DNA of 64,000 bases from NCBI GenBank assembly GCA_028534125.1, contig CM052816.1, positions 20,710,001-20,774,000 of the forward strand, written 5' to 3'. Under the pieces are notes generated by a model. The model ran no database searches. It saw only the letters and a program-made list of their open reading frames with translations, and was not told the origin of the DNA. Of the stretch, positions 1 through 12,490 are shown one piece after another. This stretch comes from Lama glama (Eukaryota). Made by a program: the position numbers and the translations under genes. Every line of letters starts with the position of its first letter. Position 1 is the first letter of the stretch.

Positions 1-3000
1 GGCCCACAGCTGCTAACATCGAGTCCCAGACAAAGCCAGGGCTGCAGATTCTAGACCTGAGCACTTAGGCACTGCCTACAGGCCCTGCTCTAGGCAGGAC
101 CCTTTGGAGTCTCCATTTCTACCCCCAGAGGCCAAGATCCCAAGGGACCCCCACTATCTGTGACTCTGGCTCAGGGCAGAGGGAGGGATCAGTGAGGTCA
201 AAACTGCTCTGAGGGCCATTTACCATGTGCTGCTGTAGAGGAAGGGCCTCTGCACCACATGCTCCTAGATCCCAAAGTCTCTGTGCCCCACATGGTTTCA
301 GACACATTTACCAGGTCCCTGTCCAATGACACCATGGAAAGAGCCCCTTAGGACTGGTGGGCTTCAGCCGCACAGGGGAAGTTGAAGCCCCAGAGAGCAG
401 CCTGTCACTCAGAACAGACATCCCCATGCTCCCTGAGCAATCAGGTCTCCCCACAGGGGTGCTTTCCTTTCAGACCCCGAACCTATCAAATAGCAATCCC
501 TTCTCAGCTCCCACAAATAAAAGCACTTCCAGAGCCTCCTCCTTTTAGGCCTGTCCAGTCCTAGTGTTGGTCCCAGTCTTCAAAAGTCCACCTCTGTGCA
601 GTGGTGCCTAGAAATGTGCTGGTGCTCGACAGCAGGGTGGCTGGCGAACAACACTGCTGTTCATGGGTGTTCAGACCACCCCTCCCCCGGGGCACCTTGC
701 TGACAACTGGACTCAGGCTGACAGCCGAGGAGGAACTCGCCAGGTTGAGTGCTGTTCAGGCAGCAGCTGCATTGGACCACATGTGGGGCCACCATCACCC
801 AGCACACAGGGCACGATGGGGGATTTTAGGGTCAGTGGAGGCTGCCCATGACTGGCTTAGACAGGACCAATGGTGAGTCTGAAGCTGGACAGGAAAGGAC
901 TAGAGGTCAAACAGGGCATGGAGAAAGCTCTTGAGGCTACCCAGGGCCCAGCCAGCCCTCACACCTGGGGTGCTGATTGGACAAGTGGACTCAGTGACCC
1001 TCTCTCTCTGTGAAGACAGTGGTGGTCATGTCTCCTGGGCCACATCCGCCACCCTGGTGGGAATGGGGTAGGTGGGGGGTAAAGGCTGAATCAGGGGTCC
1101 TGACCGTGCCTGCAGTGGTGCAGTCCTGTCCCTCCTGGGAACTCAGACGTCCTGAGGGTTAATACACGTACAGATTTCACGTCCTGTGGCATGGTGGGCA
1201 GTGGATGAATCATTTCCTGATGAAGCTCAAGGCTTTCAGGTTGGAGGAGAAACAGAAAACATGAAATATTCACAGGCATGGGGTTGGCTGTAAGGAAAAC
1301 AGAGATTTGGAAAGAGAGCAGAAGGGGTCACACCTACAGGAAGCCCCGGGAGGCAACCTGGCGTACCTTAGCCTGAACCCAAAGGTCAGGTCTGCCCCAT
1401 GGTTTTTCAAGCTGACTGTGTCCTACAGTTAGAAGTTCTGCTAGTGTTTCCTGGAGTTTCAGCTCCCCCAGCCCCACAATCACTTCAGCCAGAGATACAT
1501 TCACCCTTTCCCAGACGGGAGGGGAGGCAGTGGGAGACCTTCTAAGTGCTGCTGGTGTAGCGTCTAAGCGAGCAGCAGCTTCTGCTGAGTGGAGAAACAG
1601 TCGGTAGCTACATCTAATCGGAGAGGAATGCCAATGTGCTTGCACTTTGAATGTTTTCCTTGTGTTCTCTAAATTAACAATGAAGGTGTGGGCTGAGCGG
1701 GCTCCCGGTCCCCTGCAGTCAGCCCTCCATCATTCAGAGGCTGACTGTTCACTTCGGATTATTCATGCTCGGATTCCTGGCAGCCTCCCTGCCTCCCTGC
1801 CTACCAGCCACCACCCGGTTAGAGTTTGAAAGCAGCCCTTGTGAAGGGGAAGCAGAGACAGAAGGAGGGAAAACTCAAAACAGCTTGATGTGCTGCTGAT
1901 TAATGGCTCTGGGCAGCAGTGGTTTTGGAGAGGAGAGCGGAACCAGGGTTAAATGGACACAGGAAGAGGGACTGGGGTTATCTGTCTATGGGGGCCCTGC
2001 CTGAGACTCCACACTCGTGGGCCCACCTCTCTTGAAAGTCTAGGAAGGTTATTGATCTTGCTTGGAGTGAAGGGCACAGACCCAGCCCAATCCCTGACCC
2101 CTGGCCACCAGACTGCAGGCCGCAGCCCCTACTTAGGGCAGCTCTGGCCGGGCAGCTGGGTAGATGAAATAGTCATAGGCCCAGAGTCCGGGTAGCTCGA
2201 CTTTTAAAGGCCTGTGGTGGACCAGACTGCCCGCAGCAAGCCTGATCCTTTGAAGCACAGCAGCCCAGGAGGCCAAGGCCTGCAAGCCCTGTGACGCCTG
2301 CAGACAAGACATCTGTCAAGGTGCCCGGGTGCGGGAGGTGGCCCTCACCACAGGAGACCCTGTGGTCCTTATGACGGTGCAGCTGGGGTCCCCTGAATGT
2401 GCAGGGATGGCCTCCCGGGCCCCAGGCAGGGATGCTGTGACACAGGGGTGCTTTCAGGGTGAGTTGCCTGGCCGGCAGCCATTCCTGTGGTCTCTGTGGA
2501 GGACAGTAAGCCTCCAGAGTGAACAGAGACACCCCTGGCCTGTGTCAGGTGGCTCAGCGCCATGGCTTGTTTATGGGAGGAAGCTTTAGTTGTGATAGCC
2601 CTGGTCTTTGAAGTCATAAAACCATCAGGTTAGGAAGCTCTGAGTAAACATAAGTTTAAGGAAACACCTCCAAATTAAAGAAACAAGTGACTATTTGCTC
2701 TCTGGTTCTCATTCACACCTAGTGCCTGCTCCAGGCATGTGCTGGGCTGGGCCCTGGGAACACAGAGGTGACCGTGGCAGGCCTGGCCCTGTCATCCTGT
2801 CCGCAAGTTCATTAGGTTTGCTTGGAGGTAGCTTGGATTTGAAGCCCACTCAGGGAAGCCCTCCATGATGGCGTATCTGCCATGTGGGCAGACCTGGTGC
2901 CCAACACGCAGTGCAGAGACACCAAGCCTCTGGCGCAGAGCAACTGCCAGGCCCGTGATGTGTTACGGAGCTTGCTTCTAAAGCCATAAAATTAACCTTG

Positions 3001-3674
3001 GGGAATAATAACAGCATTAAGAGCCGATGCTTATTGCATGCTGAGCACGCACCATGGCACTGTTCTAAGTGAATCCATGCATCCTGACCACAGTCTGTGA
3101 GGCAAGAACTACCGTCAGCCCATTTGGGAGAAAAAGCCAGACGCGCCGAGCACTGCAAGAACTGGCTGTGTCTGAGCTACAGTTGCAGGCCCAGGAGTCT
3201 GGCTTCAGAGGCCAAGCTAGGCTGTAACTGCCACTCAATAGTTCTAGATGCTCTGATGCCCAGAATGTCTCAGCAGGGCCCCTATGGTACCTCACATCTG
3301 TCAGGTGCTGGCCTTGCAGGTACCAGTGGTTGAGGGAGGGGAAGTGTATCCAGTGGAGGGGGGCACAGCTGGCCCAACCCCGCCCACTCCCACGCCAGCA
3401 TCCGAGCCCACAAAGGCCACTCCACCAGAAGCTCCCCTGCGTGTAGAGTCCGCCCTCCCAGCACACTCAGTGAAGGACCGCAGGGGGCTGCAGTGGCCCT
3501 CCTCTCAGCTGGCCGGGACCCATTTGGCAAGTACTTCCTGTGGCTCCCTGTTGTCCCCCAGGACTTCTTTGGGCTGCGAGTGACAGGGAGCTGGGACCAG
3601 TCAGGTGCACAGCACTCACACGTAGGAGGCAGGCAGCGGGGCTGTGGCCCTTGGCTCTCCTACAACATTTATTA

Positions 3675-4200
3675 TCACTAATCACATTTATTGATGGTAA
3701 CCAGCTTTGCGTTATCTTATCTCGTGACAACAATCTTTATAAAACCAACACCAAAAAAAAAAAGGATACAAATTAACTTATTTACAAGACAGAGACAGAG
3801 CCACAGACATAGAAACAAACTGATAGTTACCAGGGAACAAAGGGGATGGGGAGGATAAAGTGGGAGTTCAGGATTTGCAGGTACTGACTACTATATATAA
3901 AATAAATAAGCAAAAAGATCTTCCTGTATAGCACAGGGAACTATATTCAATACCTTGTAATGGCCTATAATAAAAAAGAATATGAAAAGGAATATATATA
4001 TATATATATGTATAAATGAATCACTATGCTATACACGAGAAATTAACACAACATTGTAAATCAACTATACTTCCAAAAAAAAAAGGATACTATTTATCCC
4101 CATTTTAGAGTTGAGGAAATCAAGGCACTGAAAGATTAAGTAACTTGCCCACAGTCATCCAGCTAGGACATAATAGGTGGTGGGTTCGAATCCAGGCACT
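3675..4200 (-). mobile_element. MIR SINE split by the L1 3' fragment
   Basis: Left part ttatcttatctcgtgacaacaatcttt and right part tactatttatccccattttagagttgaggaaatcaaggcactgaaagattaagtaacttgccc..ttcgaatccaggc are collinear with the reverse-complement MIR core. Confidence 0.8.
3770..4084 (+). mobile_element. 5'-truncated LINE-1 (3' UTR only, ~300 nt) inserted into a MIR
   Basis: Aligns by eye with the 3' UTR of the large L1 at 58886-59234 (ACAGACATAGAAACAAAC..GGATTTGCAG..TATAGCACAGGGAACTATATTCAATA..ACATTGTAAATCAACTATACTTC-polyA). Flanked by the direct repeat A(n)GGATAC. Confidence 0.92.
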
Positions 4201-5407
4201 GACATGGCGGCACCCCCACTAGCACATCTGTGATGAGGCCAGACGTGACTGAGTCTAAGCCTTGGCTTGAGGACAGGTAGGAGTTTCTTCTCCGGCCCTG
4301 GAACCCTGGGGCTCCCCACACTCCATCTTTGTGCCTGATTCTGTCATGAAACTGAGTTTTCTTTCTTTAATCAAGGGACTGATTCCTCCTCTGTCTGGCA
4401 GGGATGTTGTTAAAAATCAATGAATACGTGTTTGCACAGTTCTTTGGGATCTCACGCGTGAGACAGGACACATTAGTGCAAAGCAGTTTGGGGTGATGCT
4501 TTGTGGCATGAAAAATGGTCCTCTTGGTTCCTGTAGAGAGCATTTTCCCCAAATGCTTTGCATTTGGTGGAGGGTGGTGATCAGAGAAGAGGGTGCCTGA
4601 AGATAAGCTTTTCCAGGTTGCCATTATTTGTAATGACAATGTCTAGGCTCTGAGATGTAGTTATGGGAATGAGGGATGTAAGGTGAAGAGTTGGCAGAGT
4701 AATCTACTTGGATATTTACATCATCCAGTGGATGTAAACACAGGAGGAATGTCAGAGAGACTGTTGTCAGCCAGAGGCTACAAGCATCAGAAAGGAGGTA
4801 GGGAGTGACCCAGACTCAGTAGATGGCTACAGCAGAGAGGGGTGACATGGGCATGTCCATCTCTCCCTAGGAGTGGGTTTTTTGAGGTAGAGTCCTCTTT
4901 TTATCCTTGTTTGACAGAAAAGGAAACCAAAGTGTCAGTAAGTAGTGGTAGAGCTACAACTCAAATCAGGGAGTCTGCCTCCACAGCTGGCTTCCTGGCC
5001 ACCACGTGGCGTACCTCATGGCCGAGCTGGGCAGGAGGGAGATTTGGTCCTTGCCTCCGAGGAGTTCACTCTCCTATGGGAAATTAATACACATGCAAAG
5101 ATGAGGCAAAAAGGCTATGTGATAGTTGCTTAGAGAACGCCCTGGAGACTGAGGAGACTGTAACACCTCCAATCAAAGTGGTGCCGGAAGTCCTCAGAGA
5201 AGGATGGGTTGGATTTCATCAGCAGACATGGGAGTAGGGAAGGGCATCCCAGTCAGCAGGAACATACTAAGCCTAAGCAAAAGTGCAGACATGGGAAGGC
5301 CCCAGACCGTCTGGCGTGGCCAGTGTGCCCCTTGTATCATGGACAAGTAAGAGAGAAACAAAAGATGATGCTGGAGGGGAAGATTAGAACCAGGGGAGCA
5401 AGCACTT

Positions 5408-5808
5408 ATGTTAGTCAGGGAGGCTAAATGCAGGTACAAATCCCCAAATCTCAGGGGCTTAACACAATGCAGATTTATTTCTTCTTGTAATAGTTCAGTG
5501 CTGGAGTTCAGTTTGTGGCCACATGGTGACACAGGGACCCAGGCGTCTTCATTTTTGTGGCTCTGCCACCTCCTTGGATTCCTTTATTGGATGGCCTGTA
5601 CCTGGCCAGTATATAGAAGGATAGAGAGAGTAGAAGAGATTTGGGGGGAACCCCGCAGGGACTTGGGTGCATCCCTTCTGACATATCCCATTGGCCAGAA
5701 GTCATCTGGCTACACCTGACTGCAGGGGTAGCTGGGAAATGTAGTCTAGCTGCATCCGCAGGAAGGAATGGAAGCAGGTTAGGTGAGCACACAGCAGTCT
5801 CTGCTACA
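5408..5808 (-). mobile_element. MaLR LTR (MLT1J/K/L-like)
   Basis: tgttagtcaggg..ccccaaatctcaggggcttaacacaa..atttatttc..ccattggccagaa..ctgggaaatgtagtctagc..gcagtctctgctaca, typical of old MLT1. Confidence 0.75.
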
Positions 5809-7597
5809 GGTCTCCAGATCCAAGGCACAAGGTTTGGGCTTGTCAAGGAAGTCAGGGAGACCAGGGAAGCAGGGAGGGGCTGGATCAAAGCCAGCTTGAG
5901 AAGGACTAACCTGGAGATACACACAGGGGAGATACCCATGGGGGCAGGGAAACTCAGGTGGGGATGGAGACAGGAGTGGGAGCAGAGAGAAAGAGACGAT
6001 ACTGAGAGGCCCTTGAGACCACTGGCTGGAGTGGGAGTTGCTTCCCGCAGGGCCAGGATACCCGCCTGCCTCCCCATCTCGGCAGTGGGGGCACCAGAAG
6101 GCCGGCTCAGGCCTTGGGAAGATGAAGTGGCTGCAGGTGGCCCATGACAGTCCTCCTCAATCCACATCCTGGCCTCAGAGAATGGGGAAGAAAGGAAAGG
6201 AGCAATTTTAATTTTCTTCTTAGGCCTCTACATGACAAAGGAGAAATATCACCCAACATTATTATCTCTCAGAAAATACTCTCTGGAAGCATAAAAAGGG
6301 AAATACAGTGAAGCCAGACCACGGAGGCTGCCCCTTAAATCAGGAGATTCTAAATTATCGTGGTGGCACTCTCTAATTCCTCTGGATGAAAACATTAAAG
6401 ATGACAATGTCCCTTTAAATCAAATGCCCTGGGAGTTGCTATAGTCAGTGGGCTTTTTTTTTTTTTTCCATGTGAGGAGTTTTTTTGTCTCTTTTCACCT
6501 TGTAATAAAATATAAATCATAACTTGTAGGGGCAGCTCTACAGAGCAAGCTGTGAACATGGATTTTCTGAAAATGAAGGTGTTTTGTTAATGGGAATCAT
6601 CTCATCTCCGGGAACGTGAGATTTTCAAATGATGAGTTTGCTACTTAACTTCACACTCTTTTTTTTTTTTATTCGAGGGCTGGCCTGCGGGTCGAGTTGT
6701 GGCACCGCTGTGATGAAACATGACAGCACACTCTAGGAGGGCAGCAGGGCTGCCCGGACACCTCCTAGAGTGGGCCACTGGGCCTAGGATATGCAAGGTG
6801 GGACAGAGACCCCAAAGCCCACCTACATGGGGCAGGGAAGCAGAGTCTTGGGAGGAGCACTTAGAGGCAGGACTGGGGCCAAGCCTGGCAGGCTGAGCTC
6901 TTGGGTCACAGAGAGAACCCAAGGGCCACTGCAGCCCCAGGAGGAAAGGATGGGCCTGCATGGCAAAGCCTCAACTAAGCAGACTAAGTAGGCATTTTCT
7001 GGGCTCTGGTGTGAAAAGGGGGTAAGAGACGGGAAGGAACTGGTGAGATGACCCTGGCAAGGGCCAGTACCGGGGCAGTATGACCCACAAGGCTCGGCCC
7101 TGGGTCTGCTGCTCTCCCCTCTCCACCCCAGCTCCCAGCTCCACAGACCTGGGTGGAGACTGGAGACAAGGCCGAGTCTGTGCAGCTGACTGGACAATAG
7201 TAACCAAGGTAGAAGAGCAGACTCAGATATTTGAGAAAAGTTTTCAAGGCTTGGATCCGGTACAGAAGCGTTTGCCAGTTGCCCCATACGCCCTACTGCC
7301 TGCAGCCCCCTCTCCTCCCTGAAACAGCCAAGCATCTTAAAGGGGTCATCTGTGCCCATGGACCCCATGGCCTTGCCTCCTCCCTCTGCAGCCTGGCCAC
7401 TTCCGTCACCACCTCCACCTCACACACTGTACAGATAAGGAAACGGAGGCCTACAAAGGTCACTGGTGACCTACAGTTGGCATATCCAGTAGACACACCG
7501 CAGCGTTTAGCAGATTTGACCTCTTCAGGCCCCACTGCTGCCTCTCCTTGAGTCACCATTTGCCTTCCACGCTCCTCCACCTCCTTCGCCAGCCTCT

Positions 7598-7765
7598 TAA
7601 GCTTTTTCTGTAGATGGCCAGGCAGCAAGCAGTTGAGGCTATGCAAGCCGCATGGCCTCTGTCACGATGATGTTATTCCGACATCATGGGGCAGAAGCAG
7701 CCGTGGACCAGTGAACGTGGCTGTGTTCCAGTCAAACTCTATTTACAAAAGCAGGCAGAGGGCCC
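7598..7765. mobile_element. MER58A-like hAT-Charlie MITE (partial)
   Basis: ctttttctgtagatggccag..gtggctgtgttccagtcaaactctatttacaaaagcaggc matches recalled MER58A; opposite orientation to the copy at 55532. Confidence 0.7.
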
Positions 7766-10629
7766 TCCTGAGACGTTTACACAGGCTTCTCTCCTCAGGA
7801 GGGTCTTGCCCCGCCCACACCTCCAGGCGCCAGGTTTCCTGCTGCAGGTCGTCACCAGCCCCCTGGTGTCCCCTTGGTCATCACTGAGGGTACCACGTGC
7901 TTAGTTTGGCCAAATTCCCATCCTCCCCCCTAAACCCATCTCCTGTCTCACTGATGTACTTTCACCTTTTCCCTTAGATGTACTTCATTTATAATCAGAT
8001 TGCTAAGTGCCTCCGAGTGGGTGGTTGAGTCTTTGAGAGGCTGCATGTATCAGTGGGAGCAGGCACCAGAGTTGGAGGTGGGGGGAGAGATTGCAGCACT
8101 GGGAGATGTGGCAATGGAATGGAAGGCGCCAGTGAGGGTTCACTGGGCCAGGGTCACTGTCTGCCAATAGGCAGAGTCTTGGCATTTCAACAGGGCCCCA
8201 AAGAGTTATGTTGAAGGAGAAGGAGTTTGCAGGTGGATTTGCAAGGTGCGGGCAAGAGACCACAGGTGAAGGGCAGGTATCCAGGAGCCCTGGACACCTG
8301 TCTCCTGGCCTGCCCATCTCCAAGTGATCTGACAGTCACTGAGCAGAGGGCAGGCTGGTGCTCAGCATCATCCGTGAATGCCCCAGAGAGGGCTCTTTGG
8401 GGCCACAGGCCTCATTTCCTGTGGTTCCTGCTTTGCTTCATTCCAGGGAGCCCATGCAGCCCAGGACCAGTCTTAATGTCTGCAGCTAAAACTCAAGGGC
8501 TTCAGACACCCATCAAGATCCACAGTCCCTGCAGAAAGTATAACTCCATGGGGCTCCCAGGTGCCCTTGTGGGTCCACCTCTCCGAGGTGCTGCTGACCT
8601 GCTGAGAGGGAAGACTCTGGGCTGTTTCCTCATGGAGGAAGCTGGCAGGCTGCCTGATGGCCCTACAGGAGCCCTGCCCCTCCAGCTCCGTTGTCCGTGC
8701 TGAGTCTTGTGCTGGTGCAGAGGGGTTAAGTGTGGATGCCTCTGATTGTTTCAGAAGCCGTTGCTCTATTTCTGTTTCTCATCAAGTAAACTGATAACCA
8801 AGGAGAGTGGAAATGAACAACTCTGCCTGGCTGTGGCGGGTGAACTAAACCCCTCACCCCTACTGCCACATGGAGCCCTCATGTTGCTTTAGCCAAGGGT
8901 TGGTGCCTGGCTTTGGGCAGCTCTGGAGACAGAATGATAGGCTCGAGGCTACATCTTTACCAGGCCATGCTGTTGACCGCCTAGGAGTCAGGTGAGCTGG
9001 GAGACAGGTGACCCCAACTGCAGGACACTTGTCCCACCACCCTGTGGTCCCTCACTCATTCCTGGGGCCTGAAGCACTGTCTTAGAGGGCTTTCCCATCA
9101 GCAGAGATTCTGGGGAAATGAGACATGCTCAGTCGCTCATTCGAGAAGGGGAGGAAAGTGGCGACCCAGGCCCGCGCTCTGTAGCTCCCAACACATCTAG
9201 GGAAATGAGGCCCGTGGGCAGCGGGCAGTGCAGGAATGCAGGACACTAAACTACAGGGGCCATGTGCTAGGTGCTGTGGAAATAGCATAAAGGGCAGCAG
9301 GCTTCCTGGAAGAAGGTGGACTTCAGATGGACTTGAAGAATGGGGATGGGGTAGACCTGGACAGAGAGAAGGGAAGGGCTCTTCCTTGTGGTGAGACAGA
9401 GGTTCAGAGAAGGGTTTAAAAGAGAGGGTTCAAGAATTTACCTGTATTCAACACTGATTAAGCTCCTGTGGTATTCCTGGCCTGCATGACACAAGACTGA
9501 AGTTGGGCAGATCAACTGTGAAACAGATGGGACTGGGCCTCCAGGCCAGGCTGAGACATGTGACCTCCAGCTCTGTCCCGCTTTACCCTGGGGCTCCAGA
9601 CCTGGCAGCCTCCAAGGTCCCTGCTGTTATCCCAGTCTCCGGGGTGGTACGGAATGCACTCACCCATGGGCAGGAAGAGACCTGGGTGTCCCATGCCTGA
9701 GTTCCACTGGGATTTCTGGCACCACTGCAATGTTGACATAACAGCTGGGAAGCCAGTGCCCCTGAGCTGCCTTGCTCCGGGTGAATGTCCCATCAGAGAG
9801 GGGCAGTACCTGGAGCTCCCTTGCCCAAAGGGCCTTTTACAGGCCTTGGTGTGCTTCCCCAAACACGGCTGCAGGGACAGGAAAGGGGGCAGGGCATAGT
9901 ACACACCTCTGGGGTGTAAAGAGCAGCCACTGACAGACTCTGACATCTGTCTTTGGAGAGAGGGCAGGGAGCTGCTCCTGTGACCCAGGAGCAAGTAGAA
10001 CAATCAGCGAGGTGGCAAGAGACCCAGAGAGGTGGGGTGCTCCTTAGTCCCTGTGTGCCCCTTCAGTGCCGCCCAGATGTCCTGACAGGAGCTGCCACCT
10101 GGGGAGGTCAGTAGAGCTGGACCACAGCCTTTCTCACAGGTACCATCTGGCCTTGGGCGCAACTCAGCAATTCAGGATCCAAGGGCCCCCCTAAGAAGGC
10201 CTGTCCCAGTGTCCACGGCCAAGGGGGGTGGGGTAGGGGCTCATTAAAAGCTTAGTGCTTTGTTCTGATAAGTTCTCACTGTCGGGCTCTGTGCACTGAC
10301 TGTGACAGGTTTGAAGGCGCTCACGACTGGGCAGGTTCTGTGATTGTCCTGTAAGTACTGATGTGACACTGTTTCTACATGAGTAACAGCACCGCCTGGA
10401 ACAGCCCATACAGTGAGCGGGCCGGGAGGGAGGGACCCTGGGGGGTGCGGGGTGGGGGGCAGGCAGCAGCTCTCCCTAGCCACGCCTGTCCCCAAGACTC
10501 TCGTCTAAAGTCCCCAGCCTCAACAAGTCCCCAGCCTCAGAAAGGTAAGTCACTTGAACTCAGGGCTACCCAGCCAGGAAGAGGTAGAGCTGGGATGCTT
10601 AAAAATTTAATGATTTTTGTTAAAAGGGC

Positions 10630-10816
10630 AATGACTATTCTTTACTGAGCCATGACTTCGTGCCAGGCACTGTGCTAAATAGTTTATATACTTTATGTTT
10701 TCGGTCCTCAGGTACTATTGTGAACCCCCTTGTACAGATAAGCTCAGGCAATAGTAGAGCTGGGATTAAAACCAGGCAAGTCCAACTCCTAAACACACAG
10801 CTTTTCCACTGCACTG
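10630..10816 (-). mobile_element. MIR SINE
   Basis: gtgccaggcactgtgctaaat..ggtactatt..gtagagctgggattaaaaccaggc. Confidence 0.7.
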
Positions 10817-10829
10817 TTCTTCCCAGGAG

Positions 10830-11140
10830 GAGGGGTGGATAAGGGAAAGATGCAGGTTGTGGTGTGGCAGTCATGGAAGGCTCCTTGGAGGAAGTATTTG
10901 GCATCTGAATGGCATCCGGAAGGATATGTATGACTGAACCAAATGGCAGGAAGAACAGTGTAAGCAAAGACGTGGAGGCGGGAGGGTGCAGAATCCGTTC
11001 AGGAAAGAGGCACTGCTGAATCCCAGAGCACAGGGTGAGACAGTCGGGGGCAGCGGGAGCCAGAGTGGTGAGGTCACCCAGGGCCTACAGGCCTCAATGC
11101 CAGGCCAGGCATCCAAAGCTCTGGGCAGAGGAGAGGCAGG
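10830..11140 (-). mobile_element. L2 fragment
   Basis: gtcatggaaggctccttggaggaag..ggcaggaagaacagtgtaagcaaagacgtggaggc, typical reverse-strand L2 3' region. Confidence 0.55.
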
Positions 11141-11936
11141 GCCAGGGCTGAGCTGGGAGGGATTCCCGTGCCTGCATCTTAGAAAAGGAAATGATCCAAC
11201 AGCTGCCTTCTGTGTACAGTCCAGACCCGGGTAGCATCCCCAAACCAGTGCAGCTTTAACAAAGGGGCCTGTGGCTGTGACTCCTGCTGCTCCCTTCCCC
11301 TGCAAAATAGTTACTTTTTAAAGCTTTGATACATTTAGAGCTGAGGCTTTCTGGCTGAAAAGCACTGGCATTTGGCCCCGTGTATGTTAGGATGTGATCA
11401 CCAGTCCGCGCAGCCTGGCAAGGCAGGGGCTGACCAGAGTTGAGGGGTTGTTTTTAAGTGAAAGAGATGGAAAGAAATTTAAAATCAATACTTCTCAAAT
11501 TAGGTTTTCCTTTTATGGGATTGAAAACGCTCCACTCAAGCCCAAGAGGAGGAATATGGTCTGTAGGCAGCATCAAGGTGATTACTGTGTCTTATAACTT
11601 CCAGACGCTCACACACACTTTGAGTGAAAACAAAGAGAACCAAAATTATTTTCACAAAGCAGCCAGGATCCCGGCAGCTTGTCAGGATCCTTCCAATCAC
11701 TGTGGACCCGTTCCAGTGCCCATTCCTCCAGGAATCTGCCCCTTCCCTCTGCCCCTTGCTTGCTTTGGATGTGTGGGGCGGATCCCCGATGCCAGGACGC
11801 AGCTGTGAGCTGGGGCAGGGTCTCTAGTGGGTGGGCAGCGCCCCCCCACCACCACCTCACCCACAGCTCACCAGGCTGTGCTTCTCTCTCCTCACTCAGC
11901 AGCTTCTCTGAGATGATGTTTTTTAAAAGTTAAAAA

Positions 11937-12035
11937 GGGGTGGAGGGGTGGTGAGTATAGCTCAGTGGTAGAGCACATGCTTAGCAAGTGCGGGGTCCTG
12001 GGTTCAACCCCCAGGACCTCCATTAAAAAAAAAAA
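11937..12035 (+). mobile_element. tRNA-Ala(AGC)-derived SINE of the camelid (vic-1-like) type
   Basis: gtatagctcagtggtagagcacatgcttagcaagtgcggggtcctgggttcaacccccaggacctcca + poly(A). A box TAGCTCAGTGG (11958-11968), B box GGTTCAACCC (12001-12010). TSD AAAAGTTAAAAA (11925-11936) / AAAAGATAAAAA (12032-12043) at a TTTT/AAAA L1-endonuclease site. Confidence 0.9.
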
Positions 12036-12274
12036 GATAAAAACATTTAAAAGCCCCTTTGAACCGTGGCCTGTGAGTAAGAAAGAAGTTCTGTCAAGAC
12101 TGAAGAGATGATTAACTTGCAGTGGGTGGATGTGTATCTAATATGCTCCATAAAAACAAGATCTCCTCAGGAAAAAAACTCAACATGCGTGTTTCTATGT
12201 ACGTGAATCTGGAGGTCTGGGCAGGTCTCCCGAAGCCCTGGGGTCTGTTGTCCCTCGCAGACAGTAATACAAGC

Positions 12275-12490
12275 TGACAGATAGTTACCATGAGCTGGCA
12301 CATGCTAAATATTTTCTACATATTAAATCCTCACGAAAAGTCTATGAGCCAATCCCCTCATGATACCCATGTTATAGAAGAAGAATCCAAGGCCCTGAGA
12401 GGTAAAGGAATTGCCCAGAGTGGCCCTGTCAGCAAACGGTGGCGCTGGTGTTAGAACCCAGGCTCCAAAGCACTGCTTGACCTCACACCC
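12275..12490 (-). mobile_element. MIR SINE
   Basis: attaaatcctcacgaaaag..cccatgttatagaagaagaatccaaggccctgagaggtaaaggaattgcccag..ttagaacccagg. Confidence 0.7.

Noticed and set aside
4450..4463. Perfect 14-bp palindrome TCTCACGCGTGAGA
   Set aside because: A few palindromes of this length are expected by chance in 64 kb; it lies by a MIR-like tail with no other support.
11945..12022. Functional tRNA-Ala(AGC) gene
   Set aside because: Mismatched acceptor and anticodon stems, poly(A) tail instead of an oligo-T terminator, and a TSD: a SINE.
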